Notes: generated from the sequence alone by a model not told the origin. A stretch of 64,000 nucleotides of DNA from Octopus vulgaris (GCA_951406725.2 OX597823.1:70866001-70930000), one strand, 5' to 3'. Positions 1-15,555 are shown, counted from the stretch's first letter. Made by a program: numbers and translations.

Positions 1-187
1 TCTATCTGTTTGGTTGACTGTTGTCTGTCTGCCTCTCTGACTATCTATCTGGCTACCTACCTACCTACATACCTACCTACCTACATACCTACCTACCTAC
101 CTACCTTCATGCCTACCTGCCTGCCTGCCTACCTGCCTGTCTCCCTGTCTGTTCCTCTTTTTTTTCCGCCTGTCTATTTCTGTGTGT

Positions 188-273
<86 letters not shown>

Positions 274-314
274 GCCTGTCTGTCTGTATGTCTGTATGTC
301 TCTTTGCCTTTGCC

Positions 315-387
<73 letters not shown>

Positions 388-388
388 C
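1..388. repeat. Compound tetranucleotide microsatellite (TCTA/CCTA/TCTG)
   Basis: Direct tandem repeats; the ORFs here are SIYL/SVCL repeat artefacts. Confidence 0.95.
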
Positions 389-665
389 AGTTGCTATTTA
401 AAGTAGTTATAAATTAGACTAATACTGCAGAGAATGTGCTTTTGACGGCTCGACACATGTATACACAGACAAACATTCACACAGCCATAGATACACACTT
501 ATATACAATATCTCACACACATATTAGTTTATTTAGTTAATAATAAACCAACTTCATTTTAAAAATTAAAAAAAATATTATCTCAGTATTTTGTAAGCTA
601 TCTTTGTGAAAACATCTCATGCTTTGATTTAATTGAATTATTAAAGAAAATCAGATCTTCTAGAG

Positions 666-996
666 CAGGGATTCTCAACCATTTTTATATGTGGATCCTT
701 TGATTATTATTTTATTCTGGTGGACCCCCATAATCATTTGATGTTTAAAAACTAGTTTTGGAATAAATTCTTTCAAACTGACTGTTTTGTTTTTCACACA
801 TTAACGCCTGCAGGTTGATGTATATTACCTGGCTGTTTCTTGCAATACATACCAATACATATATCTGAAGCAAAAGTTTTTCAGGGAGCCCTTAAAATAC
901 TATAGTGGAACCCCAATTTGCTATTTTGTTGTGTGGATCCCTAAAAAACTTATATGGACCCTCAGAGACCATATGGACCTTGGTTGAGAACCACTG
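666..996. mobile_element. hAT (Charlie/MER5-like) MITE
   Basis: TIRs cagggattctcaacc / ggttgagaaccactg; 8-bp TSD ttctagag (658-665) / atctagag (997-1004), fitting the nTCTAGAn target preference of Charlie-type hATs. Confidence 0.85.
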
Positions 997-1702
997 ATCT
1001 AGAGCATCTGGCAATGTCTTTTGTACTTTTCTACGATCAAACATCTTGCCTTGTAGCAAAATTAGCTCATTTGGAATAAGCCCAGTGCTTTCAGTAACCT
1101 ATTCCAGGGATTCGATTTGATAAATCTTTTCTTAGTTTGTGATACTTTGCTTGTATATGTGGCATGGGTCTTAATTAAAGCTTAAACACAAAAGATTGGC
1201 CTATTTTTTAATTCCTTGCATTACAATAAACGCTTTTCAAGTATTTGAATGTCTTTTATGCCATTCACAAAAAGTAAAAATAAAATATTTTCTTGTGTTT
1301 TGGGAGAATCATAACGTCAAAAACTGAGCTTTGATATGTCTATCACTCCCACTGCCTCCGTTCAATAACTCTTACGTCTCCATCTCTTGACTGGGTTATT
1401 CTCTATTTGTTAATAAATATAGAAGAGTAAAATATTTCTCGATTAGACTTTCTGTGCTGATACCAGCTGATGACTCGCCTGCGGACCAATTCTTCAATAC
1501 CTTTATTTCCCAATGGTTATAATGTTTTTTTTATTATTATCAAACTATTATTACTGTTAATCCCCAAACACAACTGGTCTGGTATGCAAAGAAGAGAAAA
1601 CCTATCTAATTAGAAAAAAAAGTATAACAAACGAGAGACGTCAACTGCTGGCAAAAACATTTTGTAGGCCATTGTGTGCACACGTATATATATGTGTGTG
1701 CG

Positions 1703-1739
<37 letters not shown>

Positions 1740-2501
1740 TAATATACATATGTGTGTGTGCATATGTGCGTGCGTCTGTGTGTGTATATACATATACACA
1801 AACACACACACACAGACACACATTTACGAATATGTGTATATCTTTAGATACGCATACACACAAATGTAAGTACATATATATGCGAGTGAGTGTATGCAAA
1901 TGCACATATGCTAGTTCATATTTTTACAAATATGCATGTATATTTACATATGAAAACACACACACACTTATAATAAATGAAGACTGATATACTATTTCTA
2001 GTATTCGCTTCAGTCATGCTGCATCATCATTTGCAATATTTTACGTATCTTTCTTATGAAGGGGTAATTTATTTACTCAGTAATGTATAACATTATACTA
2101 TCAAATAACCAGACCATTTCGTCAGACATCTATGTACAATTGACAAGTAAATTGAAAACAAAATACCAGTTTTAAGAACTCCACATGTATTTCCCTTCGT
2201 CTATTGTAATTGCATCTTTTGTTTGGGTTTTTGAGTGCTACACAGGCTATACGTAGAGAACAAAGAGAAACTGTTATATCGCAATACTACACAGTGGCTG
2301 TGTGTGCTACGAAATCCTCGTCGCTTCTGTTTTATCGCACTTTCCTATGACCTCTACTCAACTCCCGACGTCTAGACTTCTCCTATATCTACGTATTGGG
2401 CTAGCCTACTTCATCGTCTGGGGGTGTCCACACAACAGAAACAAAAAGCAGAAATTACACGACTTTTATAATTTCACATTACGTAACTAATAATCACCAT
2501 A

Positions 2502-2872
2502 TACTCTTTTACTCTTTTACTCTTTTACTTGTTTCAGTCATTTGACTGCGGCCATGCTGGAGCACCACCTTTTAGTACTTATTCTATCGGTCTCTTTTTG
2601 CCGAACCGCTAAGTGACGGGGACCTAAACACACCAGCATCGGTTGTCAAGCAATGCTAGGGGGACAAACACAGACACACAAACACACACACATATACATA
2701 TACATATATATACATATATACGACAGGCTTCTTTCAGTTTCCGTCTACCAAATCCACTCACAAGGCATTGGTCGACCCGGGGCTATAGCAGAAGACACTT
2801 GCCCAAGATGCCACGCAGTGGGACTGAACCCGCAACCGTGTGGTTGGTTAGCAAGCTACTTACCACACAGCC
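2502..2872 (-). mobile_element. tRNA-derived SINE, family A (CORE-like, internal CA/TA microsatellite)
   Basis: Minus-strand head ggctgtgtggtaagtagc...gggttcagtccc (A/B boxes), then cttgggcaagt motif and a (aaagagta)n tail; several copies in the window. Confidence 0.85.
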
Positions 2873-3460
2873 TAAAACACATATAAATTGTTGTAACTTA
2901 GTATCGTATAAACAATCTCTCATGCTCTGCTTTATTTTCTCTCTCTCGAGCTGTGTAATCCGCGTTACGTGACCTGAAGAAGTTTCTTTTACAATATGGG
3001 ATGCATTCGATTCCATCACATCGTTCCCCGCCCACTAGGGAGCAGTGCAGAAGTAAGGTGAAACGATCATTGTTTTAAACAAAGCTTCCGGTATACTCTG
3101 TCGTTCGTATTAATACATATATATTAATACATATATATTAATATATATATATATATATATATATAATTAATTTAGAGACGAACCACCACTCCACAACTCA
3201 GTATATGAAGAACCCGTCCAAAGCAATTTCTGTGAAACATATATCATACAAAACCTAATCTAAAATTTTAATAATATGTAATATTGAGCAGTAAGATTAT
3301 TACAATCATATAATATATAAGAGCAAAGACTTTTAAAATCACAGTGAATACCATACAAAGAAACATTCATCATAAAAATACAATCTAAAGTCAAATAAAG
3401 TATAAGTTGAACTATAAAATTAATACAATAAAATAATGTATAAAAAAAGTACTTGTACAT

Positions 3461-3580
3461 TGACTACGCGCGTTTCGTGTCTGGGTTAGAACTATATAAA
3501 ATCACATAAGAAAAGCATATCCAAGTTTGTGAGAACGGAAAAAGGATTTTACTTTCAAAAGCAGTCACTCCTCAGGTTAT
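3461..3580 (-). ncRNA. Minimal type-I hammerhead ribozyme motif with long stem II insert
   Basis: Minus strand: taac CTGAGGA gtgactg..cagacac GAAA cgcgcg TA gtca; stem I has one mismatch. Confidence 0.6.
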
Positions 3581-4210
3581 TTTCCTAAAAAAAATTTAAA
3601 ACTAAAAGTTTAACTTACCTCATAACATGATAAAGAATAAAAAAAATAAGGAATATAAAAATATATATATAAAGAGACAAAACATTTAATGTAATTCCTA
3701 AGTTAAAGACATTAATATTAAAAATTACGAACTAAAAAATTCAAATATAGTATTATTGTGAAACTGATTAATAAGGTAATTAAATGTAAAGGTAAATAAA
3801 TGTAAATACGTGTTAGTGTATAAAGTTAATAAAATACGTATGTCGTTATTATTTAGAATAAATTTAAAATACATGACTTATCTGCCGTCAAATTACTGTA
3901 GATTAGACCGAATAAGTGTACTTTAGCATTTATACTGAAAAGTCACGCGATAAATATGGCTTCCATTATCCAGAAATAAATACATATTATATTTACCATA
4001 ATAATAAGGAAATTATCGAAAATGAAGGTCTATCTAAAGTATATTATTTATTGAAGATTTATAATACTTAAATCTTTTAAATCTACAACAATAGCTATAA
4101 CACGTACGAAATTTATAACTTAATTATTTACATATATTATATATTACTAAATTCGGTCTAATATTTTTATACTGAATTTTACCTGTAAGATTGGAATAAT
4201 ATTTATTCCC

Positions 4211-4301
<91 letters not shown>

Positions 4302-5057
4302 CATTATCTATATATATAATATATATATTTATGTATGTATTCATGTAAGTATGTGTGTGTGTAAGTGTGTGTGTGTATTACACAACATGCTGGTCGGTAG
4401 CAGATTTTGTACAGCATTGTTTAGAGATTAACTCATATTGAGACGGCCTCTGATGGGACCTTCGTCGCCTTTGTATACCCGAGATTACATTCTCTACTGA
4501 TTCTTTACTTTCTGAAGTTCGTTCTTTCCCTGGTCATTTCTCTTACAATACAACAGCATACTTGTCTTTGGTGTCATGTTGTTGTTAAATATTATTCATT
4601 CTAATCTGTTCATATTATAATAAAGGATATTTTCATATGTTATAAACACTATCGAGGGAATATCATCCACGATTAAACATAGTTATAATGTTAAAAACTT
4701 CACCTGTGGCCATCGTGTTGCAAAGCACAGAACACAGTCCAGTGGGAACCATATCAACAAGTTTTGTTATTCTTTTTCGTGCATGATATATGTAAACGCT
4801 TCTGAATATTTACTCCTATGCTTCTATAGTGATTGACAACAGCCAGGTTTTTGTGATCACTGTTTTTGCTCTTAATGTAGACGTCACCGGTGTTGATGTT
4901 TCTAATGTCGTTGTTATTCATGTTGTTTTGGTGATAAATATCTTGTCCATCCAAATAGAGCAAAAAAAAAAAAAAATAGTAGTACTTTTTTAGTTGTTAC
5001 CGTACAATTTTTAGTGTCAGTCTATATTACATTGTTTTATATATTCCGGTCATGTAG

Positions 5058-5257
5058 GGCGGCGAGCTGGCAGAATCATTAGCACGCCGGGCGAAATACT
5101 TAGCGGTATTTCGTCTTCGGTTACGTTCTGAGTTCAATTTCCACCGAGGGAGACTTTGCTTTTCATCCTTTCGGGGTCGATTAAATAACTACCAGTTACG
5201 CACTGGGGCTGATGTAATCAACTTAATCCTTTTGTTTGTCCCCTCCATGTTTAGCCC
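5058..5257 (+). mobile_element. tRNA-derived SINE, family B (Meta-like central domain)
   Basis: ggcggcgagctggcagaatc...gagttcaatt...tttcatcctttcggggtcgat; more than 10 copies or fragments in the window. Confidence 0.85.
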
Positions 5258-5462
5258 CCTGTGGGCAATAAAGAAATATATATATATTCCGGTGATTTAC
5301 AAGAGGGGGAAAAGTTTTGTATAATGTAATAAAATTAATAAATATATATATACATCAATATTTGTGAATGTAAATAAATATATATGCATGTATGATATAT
5401 ATCTATATGACTATCAGATGTGCCTCGAAATGCACAATAAATAGTTTCCGTATATGTATGTA

Positions 5463-6030
5463 TTGGGTTGTTCGGAAAGTTCGTGCCGATTTATAGTAGC
5501 TTGCCTTTCGCCTTATTTTAGAACATGGTTGAGTTCATAGAATATGATTTGACTACACCTTCATTTAAAGCACAGTTTAAGCTATATTTTCGTGGAAGAA
5601 GGTTTATGTTCCTATAACCTGTGTTAATTCTGTAACCCTTTAAAATGGAAGATAAGAAAGTTCATTTTCGGCACTTGATGCTTTGGGAACCAGACAAAAG
5701 TTTCTGCAACTCGGCTGGGATGTGTTACCCCACCCTCCATATTCACCAGATATTGCTCCTTCGGATTTCCACTTATTCAAGTCTCTGCAGAATAGTCTTA
5801 ATGGTAACATTTTCAATTCCTTGGATGACGTAAGAAGATACCTTGATGAATTATTTGCCATGAAACCACCTCAATTCTGAGAAGAGGGTATTTTCAAGTT
5901 AAAGGAAAGATGGAGACGCATTGGGCAACAAAATTGTTCATATTTGGTTGATTAAATATGGTATGGCAAATATTTATTGACCTTTTTCTTTCCTTTAAAA
6001 AAATCAGCACGAACTTTCCGGACATCCCAG
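5463..6030 (+). mobile_element. Internally deleted mariner (Tc1/mariner) transposon
   Basis: About 30-bp TIRs ttgggttgttcggaaagttcgtgccgattt / aaatcagcacgaactttccggacatcccag with TA flanks. The transposase N-terminus (MEDKKVHFRHLMLW) is joined directly to C-terminal sequence containing HPPYSPDIAPSDFHLF. Confidence 0.95.
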
Positions 6031-6472
6031 TATATGCGTGTATAAGTGGATGAATGTCCCGGCCATATCCACTTATATGTGCTATTATGCTTTAGATTTT
6101 GGCTTTTGTTTTTAAATTTTGTTAAAATTGTGTGTAACGGCACAACCTTTACATAAGCATATATCTTTTCTCCCAACGACATGATTATAGCGATGATCAA
6201 TGTAGCAATATTTTAATCTATGTGATGATGTACATATGTAAATATGTATGAAACTATGTGTGTTTTTATATGCGTATATATTCCTATAAATGTATGCATA
6301 TGTTTTTCTACATGCACATATATACAAATTCACATATATACATACGCACATAAATTTTACACAATCACATGCATAAACATGCATGCACACATGCACACAC
6401 TTATACACATAGATACATACATGCACACATGGTAGGGAAGCAATCTTCTTGACACGCAGCCATGACTGCGCC

Positions 6473-6516
<44 letters not shown>

Positions 6517-6528
6517 CGCATGTGTGTA

Positions 6529-6569
<41 letters not shown>

Positions 6570-6799
6570 ATTCGACCTCGAACCCACCAGTGTAAACCAG
6601 AGAGACAGAGACAGACAGAAACAAGGAAAATGCCACTTGTATTTGAACACTAAATAAATATTCTTTAAAAAAAGCCTTTTTAATTTTTAAAAATTTAATT
6701 GTTTTCCATACTTAAAGTTGAAAAAGTCTCAATGACTGAAACCGGTACTGAAATGTTTTTTATAAAATTATTTTAGCATTTTCTATCTTGACTTTTTTT

Positions 6800-6850
<51 letters not shown>

Positions 6851-6949
6851 TCCCGGGTTGAGTCGGGGTTAACCACAGTAAATAAGGTACTCAATACATA
6901 GCAGAGTAAATTAATTTATTTTATAGAAGGAGCTCCTTCTATAAAATAA

Positions 6950-7000
<51 letters not shown>

Positions 7001-7297
7001 CATTGCGTTGCTTAGACCGTCGGTAACGCTTCCATGTGATTAGAGAAAAAGCGGGAGAAAGAAAAGAGGGCGAGAGAAAATAGGGAGAAAGGAGCATCCA
7101 TGACACGAAGTAGAGGAAATGTAATTGTAACGCTTTCACGTGATTTGTTAAAAGAAAAGAGAGGAGGAAGAAAAGTGAGAGAGAAAAAAACGAAGAGATA
7201 AAGCGAGGGAGAGAAACGCGTCCATGATGTTAAGTAAAGGGAACGTAATAATTTTAGCAGATGTTCTGATGGTAAGGTCAAAGAACGGCAGAGGGAC

Positions 7298-7340
<43 letters not shown>

Positions 7341-7917
7341 GAGAGAGATGATGATGATGATGGTGGTGGAGGTGGCGGCGGTGGTGACTGGATACTGAAA
7401 ATTGTATTTTAAAAAAAATCGAACTATTTTTTTTATATTACCTATCACTTAACGCATGAGCATAAGTGCAATTCCGTGAAATATTCACGCTTATTTACCT
7501 TGCAGATTTCAAATTTCAAATTTCACTTAAGATTCTATCATATGTACGGGATATTTTTTCTTTATGAAAGAAATGGAAAAATAGGAGTGAATATTTATTT
7601 TATGGGTGCTGTGTATTAAGTCAATAAAATTGTGTATAAAGTATATAAAGTGCATTAAGTATCATCGGATTCTAATTTCTTTCACTTTTCAATGAGTAGC
7701 AGATGAGCAACTATATGTACAGACACAACAGGCTACGTTTTCAGGATTTTTGGATAAAGTTTTCAGAAATAACGTAATGGGTTTGGAATAATATTCCCTC
7801 AAATTCTTCTTCTTCTTCTTCTTCTTTTCAGAAATAACGTAATGGGTTTGGAATAATATTCCCTCAAATTCTTCTTCTTCTTCTTCTTCTTCTTCTTCTT
7901 CTTCTTCTTCTTCTTCT

Positions 7918-7964
<47 letters not shown>

Positions 7965-7984
7965 TTATAATATATATATATATG

Positions 7985-8023
<39 letters not shown>

Positions 8024-8334
8024 GGGTGGGGTGTTGTATGTCTGAACGTATGTTTGTAAAGGTCCAGATCAATAGATCCATTTGAATCTGAACATGCGTA
8101 TGAATTTTTTTACACATGCCCATTATATTGTATGACAATATGTCCGAGTCTGTGTGGTTAAGTGTGTCTATATATAAATGTTTAAGACTAAGCGAGTGTA
8201 TATCTATGGGTACATGAGTATACATGAATACAATCGTAAAGCTATCTCTCTCTGAATATACGTTTGTATGTATGTATATGTGTGTGTATGTATATATAAT
8301 ATGTTTATGTATGTGTGCATTTATGTATGCGTAT

Positions 8335-8367
<33 letters not shown>

Positions 8368-9029
8368 CATATGCAAATGGGGATGTGTGTATGGTTGTGT
8401 GTGTATGTGTGTACAACTCTCTCTTCCTTTTTCTTTATTTTTGATTTGTTCTCTTTTCTTTTCTCCAACGAATTATACTACTCCTAATTACTAAATACAT
8501 AGAAACGTTTCACCAACGTTTAAATTTTGCATGATTCGAGTCGGTGTTTCAAGAATTTCTAATACGAAATCTCTTTTACATGTTTATCTAATATAAAATT
8601 ATTTATCCCAACAATGTTCCAATTTCCTGTTTTGTTTATTCAATAACTTTGCATACAATATTTGCAGAATTTTCAACTGTAATATGTACCTGATATCAAC
8701 ATAACAACGACAGCAAATTGGTGTCGTTGTTATGCTGATGTCAAATATATATTGGATTGTAATAATGATATAAGCGGATGGCATTCAGGAGGAAACAGCT
8801 GGGATTTACTCTACCTACATTATATATATATTTACTAGGGATCGCCCTCCGGGCAGTTTTCTGCAAGTCACTTGATAATATTTTCCCATTTGATTCGTAA
8901 TTGTAATAATTTTTAAATCTGACGTCTAATTATTTCTTTGTATAATAGTGCTCACTTGCTTAGTAAATATTGCTTTCTTTATTTCATCACTGTTATAATC
9001 TCTTTTTTAAACAAACATCAACGTAGTCC

Positions 9030-9783
<754 letters not shown>

Positions 9784-10648
9784 CGGCAAAGAGAACATTG
9801 TAATCAATGATTGAAATAAACATGAAATGAAAAATCGTATAAATAAAAGCTCGTTAAAAACTATTTTGTACCGAATGCTGAAATTTGTGAACTTGAAATA
9901 TTCAATAATAAAACGAGGTTCAGAAAGTATATTTTTCTGAAAATTTCAATTTATAAAAGATCTCACTTGCTTAGTAAATATTTCTTTCAATAATTTATCA
10001 TCGTTGCAATATATCTGTAATTTAAACATGCTTCAAGGTAACCCAACTACGTTTAGCGTGCTAAAAATAGCAGCAACCATAGCTATAGCATAAGGCTTAT
10101 AGCGTTTCAAATAGCTATGTAAGAAGATTTCGGGTAGTTACACTTGAGATGGTTCGATCTGGTTGCCACACAAAAAGTCTAAGCTAAGAGAATTAGACCC
10201 CTTTGTGAGAAAGCTAGCGAATGTGTACAGGAACAAAGACAAAAAAAAAACCGGAGAACATGGTACACAATTACGAATACAAGCAACAAGAAATAACAAC
10301 AGGTGGTTTTCAACTGAGAACGAATGAAATTGAGCTGGCGTGTATGAAGTGAATGCCTAAAGTCAGGAACATAGGAGATGGACATAAGAGGTGTTGGCGG
10401 TCGGCAGTCAGGCCAAGAAAGAAAGATCATGGCTGGCCAGACATCGGTCATGTGGAAGGAGGAGACATGGGTAGGGCACAGCGGGATTAAAGGATAGGAA
10501 AAAAATCAGAGACAAAGAGAAAGGTACAGGGAAGATAAATGAGTGGGAAATAGTAGGAGTTAAAGAAAGAGAGGGTCAAGAAATGTGAGAGAGGGGGAGC
10601 GAGAAAAAGGAAGAGAAATGAGAGGGGGAATAAAAGATACGTATGCCG

Positions 10649-10703
<55 letters not shown>

Positions 10704-11098
10704 AAAAGGAGATGTGGAACACGAGTTGTGATATATAAAAAAAGGAAATGAAGAAAATTCTGACAAAATAATTTAAGTAAGGGAGAGTGTATTTAATTAG
10801 GTGAAAGTTCTTTTTACCGGTTGCGCATTTGTTATGCTTATCAAAAGATATATTTTTAAGAGAGATAGAGTTCCTTTCTGATAGATTTTTTCTCTTATCT
10901 GAGATAAGATAAGAGATAAGAGAAACAAATCTATCAGAAAGGAACTCTATCTCTCTTAAAAAAATATCTTTTGATAAGCAAAGCAAATGCGCAACCGGTA
11001 AAAAGAACTTTCACCTAATTAAATACACTCTCCCTTACTTAAATACACTCTCCCTTACTTAAATACACTCTCCCTTACTCAGTATTTTCTTCATTTCC

Positions 11099-11103
<5 letters not shown>
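10704..11103. repeat. Fold-back element between (TA)n tracts
   Basis: Arms of about 155 bp (about 10740-10895 vs 10915-11102); the right arm carries three copies of aaatacactctcccttact. Confidence 0.9.
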
Positions 11104-11150
<47 letters not shown>

Positions 11151-11528
11151 TACATATATATGGAACAAAAACGCAATAGAGGGCATTAAAGCATTCGGAC
11201 AAATAGACGATGCAAAAGCGGACAAGAGACACAACAAATAAAAGGACAGGCGAAAAAAGACGGGTCATTCTTGGCTTTCTTTCATCAGTCAAGTCCTAGA
11301 AGTCACGACGATTTCGGGTACTTACACTTGAAATGGTTCGATCTGGTTGCCCCCAAAAAGTCTAAGCTAAGAGCATTAGACCCCTTTGTAAGAAAGCGAG
11401 CGAATGTGTACGGCAACAAAGACAAAAAACAAACAAACAAAAATGCATATATTCATACATATATGTATATGTATGCATGTTCATATAAGTATGTATGTAT
11501 ACATAATATTTATATACATATATATATG

Positions 11529-11635
<107 letters not shown>

Positions 11636-12732
11636 CTACACAAAAAGGGAAAGAGAGAGAGAGAAAGAAAGAGATAGAAAGAAAGAAAAATAGATAGATT
11701 GATAGATGCATTCGAAGTGATTAGGGACTGAAGATTCAAAGTTAGATATACTGAAAGAGACAAAAAGTGGTTTGGTACACATTACTCGCCTCAGTACGAT
11801 ATGAGAGATCCTTGCTTTAATAAAAATGGAAGTTCACATAACAGGCTTAAGTTGCTTAATAGAAGGATCGAAAAAGACAGTTATACCATAACTGGCAACT
11901 GACACTGTGATGGAATATGCATTCAATGTCACAGTCTACTTGCGTGTAAAAAAGTACCAGGTCAGAGTGTTAGTCATCACTGTAAGAAATGATTCAACTA
12001 TATAATTTATGTTCAGTTATTTCAGTAGCACTGAACTTAACCACTCTACAAAAGCTGTCTTTTGAATTACGACTGTTAAATAAAAAAAAACAACAAAAAA
12101 CATTGTCACTATTCTTATGTATTGCTTTCACAGTTTAAGACAGTGTAACAACAACAATTACAAGGGAAAACGTTATACCAATAACAACAAGTAACAGCGT
12201 AACTAACAATATACGACAAAGCAAGTAAATTCATAACTAAGAGCTTCAATAATGGTAATTAAACAAAACGTGAGCTGACTGCTTTGGAATTGCTCGTGAA
12301 ATACAAAGCTGCAGGCATGTTGTAGAAAATTCGTGTTTATAGAAGAGAAAATGTTGTTTATACACGAAAGAGTATTGAACAAAGATAGCTATCTTCATTC
12401 CTTTTCGTGCCAAAAGAAGGCAAATGCTGAAATCGCACATACCATCTCCCAGGTTTATATTATTAGGTAACATTGTTTATAAATTTCAATTTCTTCTTTT
12501 CAATCGATATTTGGGGAAAATGATATCTAAGAGTAATTCTAACAGGTGTTTCTGTCAGATCTTGATATTTGGGATGGTCAGAGCAAGCGATAAGTTGAAA
12601 TACAGGAATCGATATTGAATATCGAATTCCGTAGACTTCGTTTAGTTACACATTTTATATGGATAGTATAATAACAACAATAACAAGAATAATAATGATG
12701 ATAAGGCCTGAAACTTTAGGGGAATGGAATTG

Positions 12733-12796
<64 letters not shown>

Positions 12797-12859
12797 TAAT
12801 GATGATGATGATGATGATGATGATGACGATGATGATGATGATGATGATAATGCTCTGAT

Positions 12860-13395
12860 GCTGTATCACGCAGTGGCTTTCATGGTTTCTGAACTTAACT
12901 GATTGGAAGTGTTATCATGTACATTGTCTTGTCTTGGTATAAAAGATGGGCTACAGCAAATATTCTGCTCAATACCACAGATTTGCTTTTCAGTTGCTTG
13001 ACTTTGACCAGTTGAGCATGTCTCTAAGTGGGTGACGATATGTGTATCTCTGATCACGAGCAGAAGTAGTGGGGGAGCATCATAACCATGTGTTGAGAAG
13101 AATTCTTTGGAGTTTGGATAATTCATCTCTTGAAACATGGGTGTTTCATTCAACATCCTTAAACAACCCTTATTCAGGGACCTTTTGAGCGGGATGGGCT
13201 ACTCAGCCTGAAGAAAATTCTGACTGGGCCCCACCTGCAAGGTCGTGCATTGTTTATCTTGATATGAGATCACTATGTTGCGCACTTATGGTTGTGCCTA
13301 GTGTACCCTTATCAGACGGGTAGTTATGATGGGTATACTGGATTTCGTATATTTCACCCCAGTGTCACTTTGATGGCATGCACTGCTGTCTCACT
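12860..13395 (+). repeat. Interspersed repeat family E inserted in (TAA/TGA)n
   Basis: Its 3' part recurs at 14158-14322; both copies end directly in (aat)n. Confidence 0.7.
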
Positions 13396-13404
13396 AGTAA
13401 TAAT

Positions 13405-14028
13405 AATCTTTTCTACTAAACGTACAAGGTCTGAAATTTGGTGGGAGAGAACTAGTCGACTACATCGGTCCCACTCGTACTTAATTTATCAACCCCGAAA
13501 GGATGAAATGCAAAGTCAACCTCGGCGGAATTTGAACTCAAAACGCAGCGACGGACGAAGCACCTATTTCTTTACTACCCACAAAGAGCTAAACATAGAA
13601 TGGACAAACAAGGACAGACAAAGGGATTAAGTCGATTGCAGCGACTTCAGTGCGTAACTGGTACTTAATTTATCGACCCCGAAAGGATGAAAGGCAAAGT
13701 CGACCTCGGCGGAATTTAAACTCACAACGTAATGGTAGACGAAATACCGCTTAGCATTTTGCCCGGTGTGCTAACGATTTTGCCAGCTCACCGCCTTTTC
13801 AATAACAATAATACTCCTTTCTACTATAGGCATAAGGCCTGAAATTTGGGAGGAGGGGACTGGTCGATTATATCGACTCCAGTGTTTCACTCGTACTTAA
13901 TTTATTGACCCGGAAACGATGAAAGGCAAAGTCAACCTCGGCGGAATTTGAAATCACAACATAACGACAGACAAAATACCGCAAAGCATTTATCCCGGCG
14001 TGCTAACGATTCTTCCAGCTTGCCGCCT
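13405..14028 (-). mobile_element. Three head-to-tail SINE family B copies
   Basis: Three occurrences of a gaaaggatgaaa..caaagtc(a/g)acctcggcggaattt-type motif. Confidence 0.85.
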
Positions 14029-14321
14029 TTTCAATAATAACAATGATGAGATGATTAGAAGAAAATAACAAGAAATAATAACAATACCACTACTATTACT
14101 ACTAATAGTAATAAAGATGATGATGATGATGATGATGATGATGATAATAATAATAAAAGGCCATGTGCTGTTTATCTTGATATGAGATCACCATGTCGCG
14201 CACATGTTTGTGATTCATGTGCCTGATGTGCTCTTATCAGACGGGTAGTCATGATGGGTATCCTGGGCTTCGTATATTTTACCCCAGTGTCATTTTGATG
14301 TCATGCACTGCTCTCTCACTC

Positions 14322-14383
<62 letters not shown>

Positions 14384-14391
14384 TAATAATG

Positions 14392-14456
<65 letters not shown>

Positions 14457-14497
14457 GGAAAGCAAAAATAATAATAATAATAAAGGAAAGCAAAATA

Positions 14498-15555
14498 TTT
14501 GCTATTGATCTCGTGCAGGATACCCAAACTGAACAACCCGAGGGAAGTACGGCAACTATTGTTGCAAAGAAGGTGAAAATAATGGCAACGAAAAAAGCGC
14601 ACGAGCAATTGGCTGATAGGTGGGAGGAGAAACCTCTGCACGGCAAATATGTGGTCCGTAGCAAACAAACTGATGTTGACCAGAAGCAAAACCATCGGTG
14701 GCTACGGCTCAGGGCTAAAAACAGAGAGCGAAGGTTTCATCCTGGCTGCTCAAGATCAAAGCCTATTAACCCGGAATCACCAGGCCAATGTGATGAAAAA
14801 TGGAGCAGACTTAAAATGCCGATTCTGCAACGACATGATTGAAACAGTGGACCACCTAATCTCTGGATGTAAAGTCTTAGTACCAGTGGAGTATAAATTA
14901 AGACATGACAGAGTTGGCCAATATCTACACTGGCTAATAAGTCGGCATTACAATATCAAAACTGCCGACAAGTGGTATAATCACCACCCTGAAGCTGTAA
15001 CTGAAGGAGAAAATGTAACGATTCTGTGGGACTTTCCAGTACATACAGACCGAACCGTCAAAGCCAATAAACCGGATATTGTTGTGAAAGACCAAAACAA
15101 TTAAGTTTGCTTGTTGATCGACATGAGCATCCCCTGTGATCATAATATCTCGGCGAAAGAATTTGATAAACTCAGAAAATATAAAGACCTGCTCATTGAA
15201 ATTGAGAAAATGTGGCATCTCAAGGCGGTTACAATACCAGCGATCGTAGGAGCACTAGGAATGATCAAGAAGGGAACCGAAAATTATATGAGAATGATCC
15301 CTGGCTTACCATCCCTGCAAGAAGTGCAAAAGATTGTCTTAAGTGGTACATCACACGTATTGAGAAGAGTATTGTCGATGTGAGAACTATTACTACCCAT
15401 GTATTTTGATTTAACTTTATTTCTATAAAAAAAAAAGAACGAACTAGTGAGTTTAGTTTAATGGCCTACTAATGTATACTATGAGTTTCTTTGCCTTAGG
15501 ATTCGGGAAGATACTCGGCAAGAAATGGAAGCAAATTTGAAAGAAGAAAAACCCA
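14498..15555 (+). mobile_element. 5'-truncated R4/Dong-type RLE non-LTR retrotransposon (pseudogene)
   Basis: CRFC..ETVDHLISGC zinc knuckle, RHD, ILWDFPVHTD..KPDIV, and K..KY.DL restriction-like endonuclease motifs; frameshift and a stop at 15102; flanked by (TAA)n on both sides. Confidence 0.9.

Noticed and set aside
1464-1490. CTGATGA hammerhead half
   Set aside because: No GAAA half or supporting stems nearby.
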